This document shows, piece after piece, positions 17,832 to 27,263 of a stretch of 32,000 nt of DNA. Under the pieces are notes generated by a model, which searched no databases, was not told the DNA's origin, and saw nothing but the letters and a program-made list of their open reading frames with translations. Each line of letters starts with the position of its first letter. Within the stretch, counting starts at the first letter, position 1. This DNA comes from Psychrobacter cryohalolentis K5 (lineage in GTDB: Bacteria; Pseudomonadota; Gammaproteobacteria; Pseudomonadales; Moraxellaceae). Location of the stretch: contig NC_007969.1 of the NCBI RefSeq assembly GCF_000013905.1, positions 240,001 to 272,000 of the forward strand, written 5' to 3'. Made by a program: the position numbers and the translations under genes.

Positions 17832-17870
17832 AGCCATAAAAAAGCCATAAACAAGCCATAAAAAAGCCGA
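17832..17870. repeat. 11-bp tandem repeat AGCCATAAA(A/C)A, about 3.5 copies (phased A-tracts)
   Basis: AGCC starts at 17832, 17843, 17854 and 17865, so the period is 11 bp. The last partial copy forms the left arm of the pta terminator hairpin. Confidence 0.8.
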
Positions 17871-17891
17871 CCATCATTATGATAATCGGCT
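17860..17891 (-). terminator. rho-independent terminator after pta
   Basis: Arms AGCCGA (17865-17870) / TCGGCT (17886-17891) with an inner ATC/GAT pairing. On the minus strand the hairpin is followed by TTTTTT. Confidence 0.6.
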
Positions 17892-17925
17892 CAATAATAC
17901 GTGTTTTGAATGAAGCTTTAGATGC

Positions 17926-20082
17926 TTAAATAACGTCGCTATGTGCTTGGATGGCAGTGAGGGCGATGGTATAGATAATATCATCGACCAAGGCACCACG
18001 TGACAAGTCATTGACTGGTTTGTTTAAGCCTTGCAACATCGGTCCAACACTGACCACATTGGCGCTACGTTGTACCGCTTTATAAGTCGTGTTACCGGTG
18101 TTTAGGTCTGGGAAAATAAAGACGTTTGCTTGCCCAGCAACAGGCGAATCCGGCGCTTTTTGCTTGCCGACGCTCATGACAGAAGCCGCGTCATACTGTA
18201 GCGGTCCGTCGACTTTTAGATTCGGCGCACGTTCACGGACGATTTGGGTCGCACGGGCGACTTTTTCGACATCAGCGCCAGTGCCTGACGAGCCCGTAGA
18301 GTAGCTAATCATTGCCACTTTTGGATCGATGCCAAAGGCGGCAGCAGACTGCGCAGACTGAATGGCAATCTCAGCCAATTCTTCTGCATTTGGATCAGGA
18401 TTAATGGCGCAGTCACCGTAGACAACCACTTGCTCAGGCAACAGCATAAAGAAGACTGACGATACAAGTGAATACTCAGGAGCCGTTTTAATCAACTGAA
18501 ACGCTGGGCGGACAGTATTCGCCGTGGTATGAATTGCCCCAGAGACCAGACCATCAACTTCGTCCATCTGTAGCATGGTCGTACCTAAATAAACGGTATC
18601 TTGCAGATATTCAGCAGCCACTTCTGCGCTGGTTTTACCTTTGCGACGCTCGACTACAGCGGCGATATATTTGCTCATATCTAAGCTGTCAGGATCGATG
18701 ATTTCAAGCCCTTCAGGTAATACCAAATCGCGGTTTTTGGCGACTTGTTCAACATCAGCACGCTTAGCGAGTAGCACACAGTTGGCAATACCGCGGCTTT
18801 GACAGATACAAGCAGCTTCGACCGTACGCGGTTCAGAGCCTTCTGGCAGCACGATACGTTTTTTGGCGATTTGCGCTTTTTTGACCACTTGATGACGAAA
18901 AGCAGAAGGTGACAAGCGTGGCTCATGATTTTGGCTAAAATATGCTTTAATCCAGCTCAAATCTAAATGCGCCGCGACGTAACGAGCCACTTCTTCAGCA
19001 CGTTCGGTGTCATCACTTGGAATCTCAGCACTCATGTGTAATAGGCTTTGTACCGTCTCAAAGCTGTCATCTTCGACACTCATCACAGGAATACCAGTTT
19101 TGAGTGCAGATTGCCAAAGCTCAGCAACGGTTGGACTAGGGACAACGCCGCCAGTCAATACCAATCCTGCTAGCGGAATACCATTGATACAGGCAAGACC
19201 CGCCGCCAATAATAAATCGTCACGGTCGCCCGGCACCACGATAAGCGTACCACGTTTGAACACTTCATCAACACGTGCAACTGAGCGTGCAGTCAAGCTG
19301 ATGCGATTGATACGGCGCGATTTTGCCTCACCAACGTTGAGCCAAGTACCATCAAGTTCAGCAGCGATATCCCACGTACGAGGCACGGATAATGAGTCAC
19401 TAAATGGTACGACACCAATTAAGCGGAATTGTTCGGTATTAAAGTGCGGCGATAAGCGTTGTACTTCTTGTATAAAGCCGCTATCCAAGCTCACAATCGC
19501 TTCACCAGGGGCAACGATTTGATTTTCTAAGGTGCTTTGCGTATTCGGCAAGTCATGCATACGCATCAAGATACAGCCAAGCGTACGATCACTTGCCATA
19601 CCACCAAATTCACGCGCATGGACATCAAGCTTATCGGCTAAATAGGCAGGTTTACTGGTATCGGCGGTGCTAACAAAGATGATTCGGGCATCGAGTGCAT
19701 GAGCAATTGCACGGTTGATCTGTGAGGCATAAGAAGTTTCAGTGGTCGGTACTAAGCCTTCGCAAATCACCACATCGTAATCATCACCAAGAGTATGGTA
19801 GTTAACAACCACTTCTTCCATCAAGTCATCAAGATTGTCATCACCAATCATACGCTCAACATGTTGACGGCTGATCGATTTAGGTGGCTTTAGTCCAAAT
19901 GCATGCATGGCTAATGCGCTTGAGCTGTCTAGACTGTTTTGCTTATCCAGCGTATCGTCTTGTAAAAACGGCTTCATAAAACCCGCTTTGATACCGTTAT
20001 AATCGAAAGCACGAATCAAGCCTAACGCCGCTGACGTCACACCGATACCGCGGCTAATGGGCACAAGTAAAATAGTTTGCAT
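17926..20082 (-). CDS. pta: phosphate acetyltransferase (long form: N-terminal P-loop-like/DRTGG regulatory region + C-terminal PTA_PTB domain)
   Basis: 718 aa. The C-terminal 330 aa (RIVLPEGSEPRTVEAA ... VSGAIHTTANTVRPA ... GPMLQGLNKPVNDLSRG) is a classic Pta catalytic domain. Downstream of ackA in the same orientation. Confidence 0.95.
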   Translation of the reverse strand: MQTILLVPISRGIGVTSAALGLIRAFDYNGIKAGFMKPFLQDDTLDKQNSLDSSSALAMHAFGLKPPKSISRQHVERMIGDDNLDDLMEEVVVNYHTLGDDYDVVICEGLVPTTETSYASQINRAIAHALDARIIFVSTADTSKPAYLADKLDVHAREFGGMASDRTLGCILMRMHDLPNTQSTLENQIVAPGEAIVSLDSGFIQEVQRLSPHFNTEQFRLIGVVPFSDSLSVPRTWDIAAELDGTWLNVGEAKSRRINRISLTARSVARVDEVFKRGTLIVVPGDRDDLLLAAGLACINGIPLAGLVLTGGVVPSPTVAELWQSALKTGIPVMSVEDDSFETVQSLLHMSAEIPSDDTERAEEVARYVAAHLDLSWIKAYFSQNHEPRLSPSAFRHQVVKKAQIAKKRIVLPEGSEPRTVEAACICQSRGIANCVLLAKRADVEQVAKNRDLVLPEGLEIIDPDSLDMSKYIAAVVERRKGKTSAEVAAEYLQDTVYLGTTMLQMDEVDGLVSGAIHTTANTVRPAFQLIKTAPEYSLVSSVFFMLLPEQVVVYGDCAINPDPNAEELAEIAIQSAQSAAAFGIDPKVAMISYSTGSSGTGADVEKVARATQIVRERAPNLKVDGPLQYDAASVMSVGKQKAPDSPVAGQANVFIFPDLNTGNTTYKAVQRSANVVSVGPMLQGLNKPVNDLSRGALVDDIIYTIALTAIQAHSDVI

Positions 20083-20134
20083 AATGTATCCTACTGTTTA
20101 TTATATTTTTAGAGAGATTGTCATCCTTGAGCGT

Positions 20135-20159
20135 ATAAGAATCAACTTGTGATTCTTAT
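20135..20159. promoter_or_regulatory. perfect 10-bp inverted repeat in the ackA-pta spacer (intercistronic hairpin or operator)
   Basis: ATAAGAATCA (20135-20144), 5 nt, TGATTCTTAT (20150-20159). No adjacent T run on either strand. Confidence 0.4.
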
Positions 20160-20192
20160 CGCAGGCATATGAGTCTTATTATAGACCTAGTT

Positions 20193-21425
20193 TTATTTTA
20201 GACCCAAGGCTGCACGAGTCTCTTGAGCGATACGGCATTCTTCATCAGTTGGGACAACCCACAGCTCAATACTGCTATCGTCAGCATGGAAACTGCCTTC
20301 ATTGCCACCGACCAACCCAGCGTTCTTATCGGCATCTACTTTGATGCCAAAATGACGCATGACTTCTAAAATACGCGTCCGCGTGGTCACAGAGTTTTCG
20401 CCGATACCACCAGTAAAGACAATACCAGTAAAGTCAGGGAGCGCGCAGCTTAAGCTGGCAAGGTATTTACCAACACGATAGCAGAACATCTCGATAGCCA
20501 GCTTCGCGTCTTCATGACCTTCATTAGCCGCTTGCTCAATGGTACGCAAGTCATTCGATAAGCCTGAAATACCAAGTAAACCACTTTCACTATTGAGCAT
20601 CTTGTCGATTTCTTCTAAGCTCATACCAAGTTGGCGCTTGAGATGAATATGTAAGCTTGGGTCAACATCACCACTACGCGTACCCATCATAAGACCTTCA
20701 AGCGGGGTCAGACCCATACTGGTATCAAGGCTTTTGCCGTCGTAGACAGCCGTTGCTGAACAGCCGTTGCCCAAATGCGCAGTTAACCAACCATGTGGTC
20801 CTGTTGCGCTGGTAATGTGGCTGGCGCGTTCTGATACATAAGCATGCGAGGTACCATGGAAGCCATAACGACGAATTTTGTGTTCTGAATAGAGTGCCTT
20901 TGGTAGCGGATAGCGGAAAGCAACAGGTGGCATGGTCTGATGGAAGGCAGTATCAAATACCACCACTTGCGGAATATCAGGATAGATTGCTTGTACGGCT
21001 TCGATACCCAGTGCGTTTGCCGGATTGTGTAATGGGGCGAGGACTTTTAGACGTTTGACTTCTGCTAACACATGCGCATCGACACGCACCGCTTCTGAGT
21101 ATTCACGACCGCCATGTACCACTCGATGCCCAACAGCAATAAAGTGATACTGCTCAAGTAGCTCAAGGATTTTCTGTAAGGCAAGTTCATGACGACCACC
21201 AGCGATTGCAATTTCTAACTTTTCACCATTTAATGTGGTGTGTTTAATACGGGCAGTATCGAGACCTAAGTTTTCGGCAAGACCTGTGATACGAGTACCT
21301 TCATCCTCACTAATTAAGGCGTATTTGATTGAAGAGGAGCCGCAGTTCAATACTAAAGTAGGATTGGTCAGGGTCGATGCTTCAGAATGTTTGTCATCAA
21401 AAGTGGTGCTTACGCCAGCGCTCAT
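20193..21425 (-). CDS. ackA: acetate kinase
   Basis: LVLNCGSSSIKYAL, GHRVVHGG, RRYGFHGTSH and FTGGIGENS motifs. About 18-aa N-terminal extension relative to enterobacterial AckA. Confidence 0.95.
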   Translation of the reverse strand: MSAGVSTTFDDKHSEASTLTNPTLVLNCGSSSIKYALISEDEGTRITGLAENLGLDTARIKHTTLNGEKLEIAIAGGRHELALQKILELLEQYHFIAVGHRVVHGGREYSEAVRVDAHVLAEVKRLKVLAPLHNPANALGIEAVQAIYPDIPQVVVFDTAFHQTMPPVAFRYPLPKALYSEHKIRRYGFHGTSHAYVSERASHITSATGPHGWLTAHLGNGCSATAVYDGKSLDTSMGLTPLEGLMMGTRSGDVDPSLHIHLKRQLGMSLEEIDKMLNSESGLLGISGLSNDLRTIEQAANEGHEDAKLAIEMFCYRVGKYLASLSCALPDFTGIVFTGGIGENSVTTRTRILEVMRHFGIKVDADKNAGLVGGNEGSFHADDSSIELWVVPTDEECRIAQETRAALGLK

Positions 21426-22095
21426 ACTCTATCCTTAGATTGTCTTTTATAAAAGGTGCCGCATCTTGACGATCACCTGTTGAATAAACGAAAACCAGCG
21501 ATATCGGTGCTGGTATAGGTTGCACGGTTTGGAAACATAAACTATAGCCGCGCTGATTTTCGTTATGCTTGAGCCATCCCTATGTCTAACAGAGGTTCAA
21601 TGTAAAGCAAACGCCTGCTAGCGTTGCCTTATAGCTACAAGGGTTGACTATAATGTATCATATTTTGGCAGTGACACCACGATAACTCTAAGGCTTTGAT
21701 CAGCCAGTCCTTGATTGATGGTTACAGGTGTACACCGAAGACAGTAAGGGCTTATTAGATAAAATAAGTAAAAATTTGCCTTTATAAAAATTGTAAGTAA
21801 GTTTGTCTAGCTTTAGATCAATAAGATTATTTTATATTTATATTGGATTCACTATCACTACATTTCAGCAAATTTACTATGCAAACATATTCTATAGGCG
21901 CACAGCTTTATAGAATAATGCTATGATTAAAAAATCTTCCTATTTTCCCTATTGCAGCCTTGGTTGTTTTCGCTGATAGTGATTTTTATCGCGTACACCG
22001 TTGCAAGATTACAGGTTATCTACCCTATGTTTACAACACGATATACCTCAAAACCCAAGCACTCTCAGACAGTGGGCAGCGCCATTCGCCATAAT

Positions 22096-22338
22096 ATGTA
22101 TAACATCATGCTTGGTACGTCGATCACGATAGCTTCAGCGGCATTGTTGGTTGGCTGCGGACAAAAAGGCGATCTATACCTTGTAGACGCTGGTAGTAAA
22201 GCAGTGCGAGATAGCACGGCAATATTAGATAGTGGCAGTAATCCACAAGATACCGCCTTTGCTAAGATTGACAGCGACCAACAAAATACAGAGAATTTTC
22301 AGCTGCCTGAACCGAGTAACGATCCTAACGATTACTAA
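22096..22338 (+). CDS. small lipoprotein, LptM/YifL-like (LppL-like), upstream of lysA
   Basis: Signal peptide plus lipobox ending ALLVGCGQKGDLYL, which matches the CG(Q/L)KGPLY motif of LptM/YifL-type lipoproteins that commonly precede lysA/dapF. Start chosen at the internal ATG 22096 (alternative 22108) rather than the ORF-caller TTG at 21952. Confidence 0.55.
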   Translation: MYNIMLGTSITIASAALLVGCGQKGDLYLVDAGSKAVRDSTAILDSGSNPQDTAFAKIDSDQQNTENFQLPEPSNDPNDY

Positions 22339-22433
22339 TAAGTAATCATGAATTCTTAAAATGTAAATGCTCAAACGATTTTTGAGCAAGCCCAATACTT
22401 TATTGTTACCTTGATTATATTAGAGATATTTAT

Positions 22434-23765
22434 ATGAGTCAGTCAGTCACGACCCAAACTGAGCAAGGCCTGTACATCAATCCTGAAGCCTTAACCGCCC
22501 ATTTGCCTGAACTACATTATCAAAATAATACGCTACATATGGAGCAAGTCAGTATTACCGAAGTGGTTAAACACTATGGTACGCCTTGTTATGTGTACTC
22601 AAAGCAAGCCATTTTGGATGTCTATCAAGCTTATACCGATAGCTTTGCCAGCTTAACTCACCAGATTTGCTATGCGGTAAAAGCAAACTCAAACCTTGCG
22701 GTACTTGGCGTATTGGCGCAAGCAGGCGCAGGGTTTGATATCGTTTCACGTGGCGAGCTGATGCGGGTATTGGCGGCAGGGGGCGAAGCTACACGTGTGG
22801 TATTCTCAGGCGTCGGCAAAACCTATAGCGATATTGAATATGCGCTTAACCAAGGTATTGGTTGCTTTAATGTTGAGTCGATTAGCGAGCTGACTCTAAT
22901 CAATGAAGTAGCCGCGCAGCTTGATAAATCAGCGCCGATATCACTACGTGTCAATCCTGATGTAGATGCCAAAACCCATCCGTATATTTCAACAGGTCTC
23001 AAAGACAATAAATTCGGTATTGCTCACGAGGATGCGCTGGTCGTTTATCAACAAGCCGCCAAATTGTCTCATATCGATATCGTTGGTATTGACTGTCATA
23101 TCGGCTCGCAGTTGACTGAAGTTGCGCCATTCGTTGCGGCATTGGACAAAGTGATTGAGCTGGTGCATAGCTTACGTAAAGCAGGTATTGAGCTGCGTCA
23201 TATCGATTTGGGTGGTGGTCTGGGTGTGCGTTATATTGATGAGACGCCTGTGTCTATTGATGAATTTGCCAATGCGTTATTACCAAAACTTAGTGAGCTT
23301 GGCTTGACGGTATTCTTTGAGCCGGGTCGTAGTATCGTGGCAAATGCTGGGGTATTATTGACCAAGGTTGACGTGCTCAAACCAACTGAGCATAAGAATT
23401 TTGCCATTGTTGACGCGGCAATGAACGACTTAATTCGCCCTGCTTTATATCAAGCAGAAATGGCAGTAATTCCAAACGTTTTGCCTAGTAATGGTATTAA
23501 TACAGAAAGTACTGAGCCATGGGATATCGTCGGCGCTATCTGTGAAACGGGTGATTTCTTAGCAAAAGATCGTTTGTTGTCGCTCTCAACAGGCGATATC
23601 TTGGCGATCACGGGTGCTGGTGCTTATGGCTTTACTATGAGTAGCAACTATAATTCACGCCCGCGAGCTAGTGAAGTCATGGTAGCTGATGATCGCCACC
23701 AGCTGATTCGCAAACGCGAAACCGTTGAAGCGCTATATGCAGACGAAGTATTGTGGCAAGGTTAA
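22434..23765 (+). CDS. lysA: diaminopimelate decarboxylase
   Basis: PLP-Lys motif ICYAVKANSN, HIDLGGGLGV, FEPGRSIVANAG and CETGDFLA. 443 aa. Confidence 0.95.
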   Translation: MSQSVTTQTEQGLYINPEALTAHLPELHYQNNTLHMEQVSITEVVKHYGTPCYVYSKQAILDVYQAYTDSFASLTHQICYAVKANSNLAVLGVLAQAGAGFDIVSRGELMRVLAAGGEATRVVFSGVGKTYSDIEYALNQGIGCFNVESISELTLINEVAAQLDKSAPISLRVNPDVDAKTHPYISTGLKDNKFGIAHEDALVVYQQAAKLSHIDIVGIDCHIGSQLTEVAPFVAALDKVIELVHSLRKAGIELRHIDLGGGLGVRYIDETPVSIDEFANALLPKLSELGLTVFFEPGRSIVANAGVLLTKVDVLKPTEHKNFAIVDAAMNDLIRPALYQAEMAVIPNVLPSNGINTESTEPWDIVGAICETGDFLAKDRLLSLSTGDILAITGAGAYGFTMSSNYNSRPRASEVMVADDRHQLIRKRETVEALYADEVLWQG

Positions 23766-23807
23766 CGGCTAAGCAGCATAAAGTATCTCAAAAATCTAAC
23801 CCATTAT

Positions 23808-23839
23808 CATAATGCTAGTGGGTTTTTTTATGGCAAATT
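23808..23839 (+). terminator. possible rho-independent terminator after lysA
   Basis: Stem AACCCA (23808-23813) / TGGGTT (23829-23834) with a 15-nt loop, running into a T7 tract. The short stem and large loop keep confidence moderate. Confidence 0.45.
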
Positions 23840-23965
23840 TTGATCAAACACCTGAATAATAAGTGTGGAATATAACTTGGCATTTGATAACGGTGATAGT
23901 TATGATTGTAACTGACAGCGTGCTAATATAAGACATACATAAAAATAGGATAGGATATCAGGGAT

Positions 23966-24853
23966 ATGCTAATAGAATTTACTAAGATGCATGGGTTGGG
24001 CAATGACTTTATGGTCATCGATTTGGTGACTCAGCGTTTGGACTTGACCAAGGATTTGGTGCAGTTACTGGGTGATCGTCATTTAGGTATTGGTTTTGAT
24101 CAATTGCTCGTCGTTGAGCCGCCGATGCGCCCCGACGTTGATTTTAGTTATCGTATTTTTAATACGGATGGCACAGAAGTTGAGCAATGCGGTAATGGCG
24201 CCCGCTGTTTTGCCCGTTTTGTGCAAGCGCGCAAGTTATCCTTTAAACAACGTCTCCGTGTTGAGACGGCAAGCGGCATTATTTCGCTCACGACCGATCG
24301 TTATGGCTGGGTAGAGGTTGATATGGGCAAGCCCAAGTTTGAGCCAAGTGAGATTCCATTTACCCCAAGAGCCATCACCAAAATCCAAAATGCTTATCAT
24401 CTGGACGTGAATGGTACGCCGGTGCAGCTTTATGTTGCCAATATGGGCAATCCGCATGCGGTGATAAAAGTTGACGATGTGCTTGATGCTGACGTTGAAA
24501 CCTTGGGTAAAGCCATCGAATCGCATCCAGCGTTTCCAGAACGTGTCAATGTCGGTTTTATGCAAATAATGAATCAACGTCATATTCGTCTAAGAGTATT
24601 CGAACGTGGTGTCGGTGAGACGCAAGCCTGTGGTACGGGCGCTTGTGCAGCCGTTGCCATCGGTATACGCGAAGGTTGGCTTGACGAAGGTGAAGATGTG
24701 CGTGCTCAGCTCTATGGCGGCAGCATGGTAATTAAATGGCAGCCGGGCTATTCGGTCATGATGACCGGACCAACCGCATTTGTGTATGAAGGTGTCTTTA
24801 GTCCAGATGGCTTGATGGCACAAGCCGGTATCAAGCCCAATCCAGAAAGTTAA
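23966..24853 (+). CDS. dapF: diaminopimelate epimerase
   Basis: FTKMHGLGNDFMVID, active-site EQCGNGARCFARF (Cys1) and ETQACGTGACAAV (Cys2). Confidence 0.95.
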   Translation: MLIEFTKMHGLGNDFMVIDLVTQRLDLTKDLVQLLGDRHLGIGFDQLLVVEPPMRPDVDFSYRIFNTDGTEVEQCGNGARCFARFVQARKLSFKQRLRVETASGIISLTTDRYGWVEVDMGKPKFEPSEIPFTPRAITKIQNAYHLDVNGTPVQLYVANMGNPHAVIKVDDVLDADVETLGKAIESHPAFPERVNVGFMQIMNQRHIRLRVFERGVGETQACGTGACAAVAIGIREGWLDEGEDVRAQLYGGSMVIKWQPGYSVMMTGPTAFVYEGVFSPDGLMAQAGIKPNPES

Positions 24854-24910
24854 TAGTAAAACATAAGTGACAGTTATTTTTACTGGATAAGTAATGGGGT
24901 TGTTTTCAAT

Positions 24911-25960
24911 ATGGTGATGTCTTATAAAAAATCTCAAGTGATAGACGCACGATCTGATAAACAATCCGTTTCACCGTCATGGCTATCAGCAGAATTGGCA
25001 ATCACCATAGAAGCGGATGCCGCGTTAAGTGAATTATTAGCCCCTGTGCATCGTTGGCTAAATGTCTTATCTGTGCGCAATCACTCACCGCATACATTGA
25101 CGGCTTATTTTGCTGGCTTAAACCAGTTGGCGTTATTCCTGCGAGGTAAACGCCTGACATGGACACGTTGTGATAAGCGCCAATTAGCCCAGCATATCAG
25201 CCAACGCCTTGATGAAGACAAACTATCCCTCGCCAGCGTTCAGCAAGAGTTATCAGCTATTCGTCATTTTTATGGCTGGCTGATAGAAGAGGATTTGGCA
25301 CGTATTAATCCAACCACAGGCTATCAGCTTAAGCGTAGTCCTAGACCATTACCCTCTATCGCTGATGTGGATTTATTGACGCAATTGCTCGACCAAGAAA
25401 TACCTGATACACCTGAACAAGCGCGATTATGGCTACGTGATAAGGCGATGTTTGAATTGCTTTATAGCAGTGGTCTACGTGTCGGTGAGCTCGTCGCGTT
25501 AGATATAGTAGATGTCGACTTAGCTGATCTGCGCGTACGCGTGACCGGCAAAGGTAATAAGACACGCCTAGTACCTTTAGGAATAAAAGCGGCTGACGCC
25601 ATTCGTCGTTATTTACCGCACCGTAATCTGTGGGTAGAGCAGATGGACCAAGCATTATTTATTAGTGAAAAACTGGGTACGCGTTTATCAACACGGGCTG
25701 TGCAGCAGCGTCTTAAAGTTGCTGCTACTCGTGCTGGTATTGCTCAAAACATGTATCCGCATCTATTGCGCCATTGCTTTGCATCACATATGTTGTCAGG
25801 AAGTGGCGACTTGCGCGCTGTCCAAGAGATGCTTGGGCATAGCGATATCAGTACCACGCAAATTTATACCCATGTCGATTTTGCTAAATTGACCCAAGTC
25901 TATGACCGTGCCCATCCTCGAGCCACTCACGTATCCAAAGACAGCGATTCAACCCTTTAA
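24911..25960 (+). CDS. xerC: tyrosine recombinase XerC
   Basis: LLYSSGLRVGEL (catalytic Arg), HLLRHCFASH (HxxR) and LGHSDISTTQIYTHV (His/Tyr nucleophile). Conserved position after dapF. About 45-aa N-terminal extension, so the true start is uncertain. Confidence 0.9.
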   Translation: MVMSYKKSQVIDARSDKQSVSPSWLSAELAITIEADAALSELLAPVHRWLNVLSVRNHSPHTLTAYFAGLNQLALFLRGKRLTWTRCDKRQLAQHISQRLDEDKLSLASVQQELSAIRHFYGWLIEEDLARINPTTGYQLKRSPRPLPSIADVDLLTQLLDQEIPDTPEQARLWLRDKAMFELLYSSGLRVGELVALDIVDVDLADLRVRVTGKGNKTRLVPLGIKAADAIRRYLPHRNLWVEQMDQALFISEKLGTRLSTRAVQQRLKVAATRAGIAQNMYPHLLRHCFASHMLSGSGDLRAVQEMLGHSDISTTQIYTHVDFAKLTQVYDRAHPRATHVSKDSDSTL

Positions 25961-26035
25961 TTTTAAAAGTGTCTTTCATAGCAAATTGCTTTGATTAAAA
26001 AAACCTTTTATCAAGACGCTTTTATAAAAATTATT

Positions 26036-26932
26036 TTATGCCAAACGATGACAATCAAAGATAGGCATCTTTTGTCGTCCCTGATTTTGCGCTTGTCTAT
26101 CTAACGTCGCTAAGACCAAAGCATAATTTTTATGGTCTTTATTCAAAGATGGGGTCAATTCGCTATTATTGTAGCTGCTCATTACAGTTCCATCATAAGC
26201 GCTAATCGTCGTATGTCCCCACGTCTGACGTGTATGACCGTCTTTATACGCATGCTCACCGCCTTGTGCTGCTCCAATTACCATACATTGACTGTCTAAA
26301 GCTCGCGCTTGCAGTAAGAGCGACCAATGGGCTTGTCCTGTTAGATACGTAAAAGCAGATGGCGCACTTAATAGTTCTGCGCCTGCTTGCCGCAGACGCT
26401 GCGCCAATGCAGGAAAGCGTAGATCAAAGCAAACCATCATACCGAGCTGATAAATATCATCATTTACTTCGAGCGCTGCCACGACCGTCTGCGTACCTGG
26501 CTCAAACGTCGCCGCTTCGTTATAACTGCCTTGCTTATCGGCGACGGTCGCGGTGAATAAGTGAATCTTGTCATAGCGCGCCACTTGTGTACCATCCGGC
26601 GCAAACAATAGGCTTACTTGGCGCAATCTACCATCAGGCACAATCATACCATCAGGGCGATACGGGCAGGGCAGAGAGCCTGCTAGCACGTATATACCAT
26701 ATGTACGTGCATACTCTGCTATCGTCGCTGACAGCGCATCAAAGCGCTCTGCTGTCGCAAACTGTCTACCCATGCTACAGCAGTTTTCTGGTAGTACGAC
26801 AAGCTGCGCGCCTTGTGCACGAGCATCTATAATAGCAGATTTTATATCTGACAGATTGTCTTCAATGCTTTGCTGACTATTCATTTGGATGGCAGCAACG
26901 GTCAGCTGTATGTTATTTATATGTTCATTCAT
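26036..26932 (-). CDS. carbon-nitrogen hydrolase family protein (nitrilase superfamily, Nit/YafV-like)
   Basis: Glu-Lys-Cys triad contexts LVVLPENC, YDKIHLF and MMVCFDLRFP. 298 aa. Confidence 0.85.
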   Translation of the reverse strand: MNEHINNIQLTVAAIQMNSQQSIEDNLSDIKSAIIDARAQGAQLVVLPENCCSMGRQFATAERFDALSATIAEYARTYGIYVLAGSLPCPYRPDGMIVPDGRLRQVSLLFAPDGTQVARYDKIHLFTATVADKQGSYNEAATFEPGTQTVVAALEVNDDIYQLGMMVCFDLRFPALAQRLRQAGAELLSAPSAFTYLTGQAHWSLLLQARALDSQCMVIGAAQGGEHAYKDGHTRQTWGHTTISAYDGTVMSSYNNSELTPSLNKDHKNYALVLATLDRQAQNQGRQKMPIFDCHRLA

Positions 26933-27032
26933 AGCAGGCTTCTCAATATTGTTAATATTATATATCTCTTATAAAACGTTTTCAGGTTTGTCATTATTAA
27001 TGGTTTATTTGAACCTTACTCCGCAAGTCATT

Positions 27033-27056
27033 CTATGCAACTATGCAACTATGCAC
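27033..27056. repeat. 8-bp tandem repeat CTATGCAA x3 (last copy CTATGCAC) in the divergent C-N hydrolase / rpoN intergenic region
   Basis: Read directly: ctatgcaa ctatgcaa ctatgcac at 27033-27056. Confidence 0.8.
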
Positions 27057-27263
27057 AGGTATAAATTTTTATTAAAGTATTCTTTAGAAGCTACCAGAAA
27101 GCTACGGACAGAGGTTTGTCATTCACTTATCTGGCAAGGGCATAAATTATCATAGCAAAATTGTCGCAAAAAATGCTATCGTCATGTCCTGTTAAGGGTA
27201 AACCGCTCATTAATCAGCATTACAAAGACAATATTACCAAGACTGGAGTGTAATAAACTGCCC

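Noticed and set aside
19007-19522. 171-aa + strand ORF, the longest unexplained ORF in the window
   Set aside because: It lies entirely antisense within pta. Its S/T/P/A-rich low-complexity translation is typical of the reverse frame of a GC-richer gene. It has no SD or recognisable motif.
21654-21664. TTGACTATAAT, which contains perfect -35-like and -10-like hexamers
   Set aside because: The two hexamers overlap rather than being 17 bp apart. The best upstream -35 candidate (TTGCCT) is 19 bp away, and the site is about 430 bp from the lipoprotein start. That is too uncertain to call a promoter.
21660-21690. TGGCAG-N5-CCAC, a possible sigma-54 -24/-12 element
   Set aside because: The -12 TTGC/GC element is missing at the right spacing.
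24236-24964. 115-aa and 124-aa minus-strand ORFs antisense to dapF and the xerC start
   Set aside because: They are nested antisense to two well-supported genes and have no motifs.
26889-27155. 88-aa + strand ORF overlapping the start of the C-N hydrolase gene and running into the rpoN upstream region
   Set aside because: It is a hydrophobic, low-complexity product of AT-rich intergenic DNA, lacks an SD, and overlaps a real gene start on the opposite strand.
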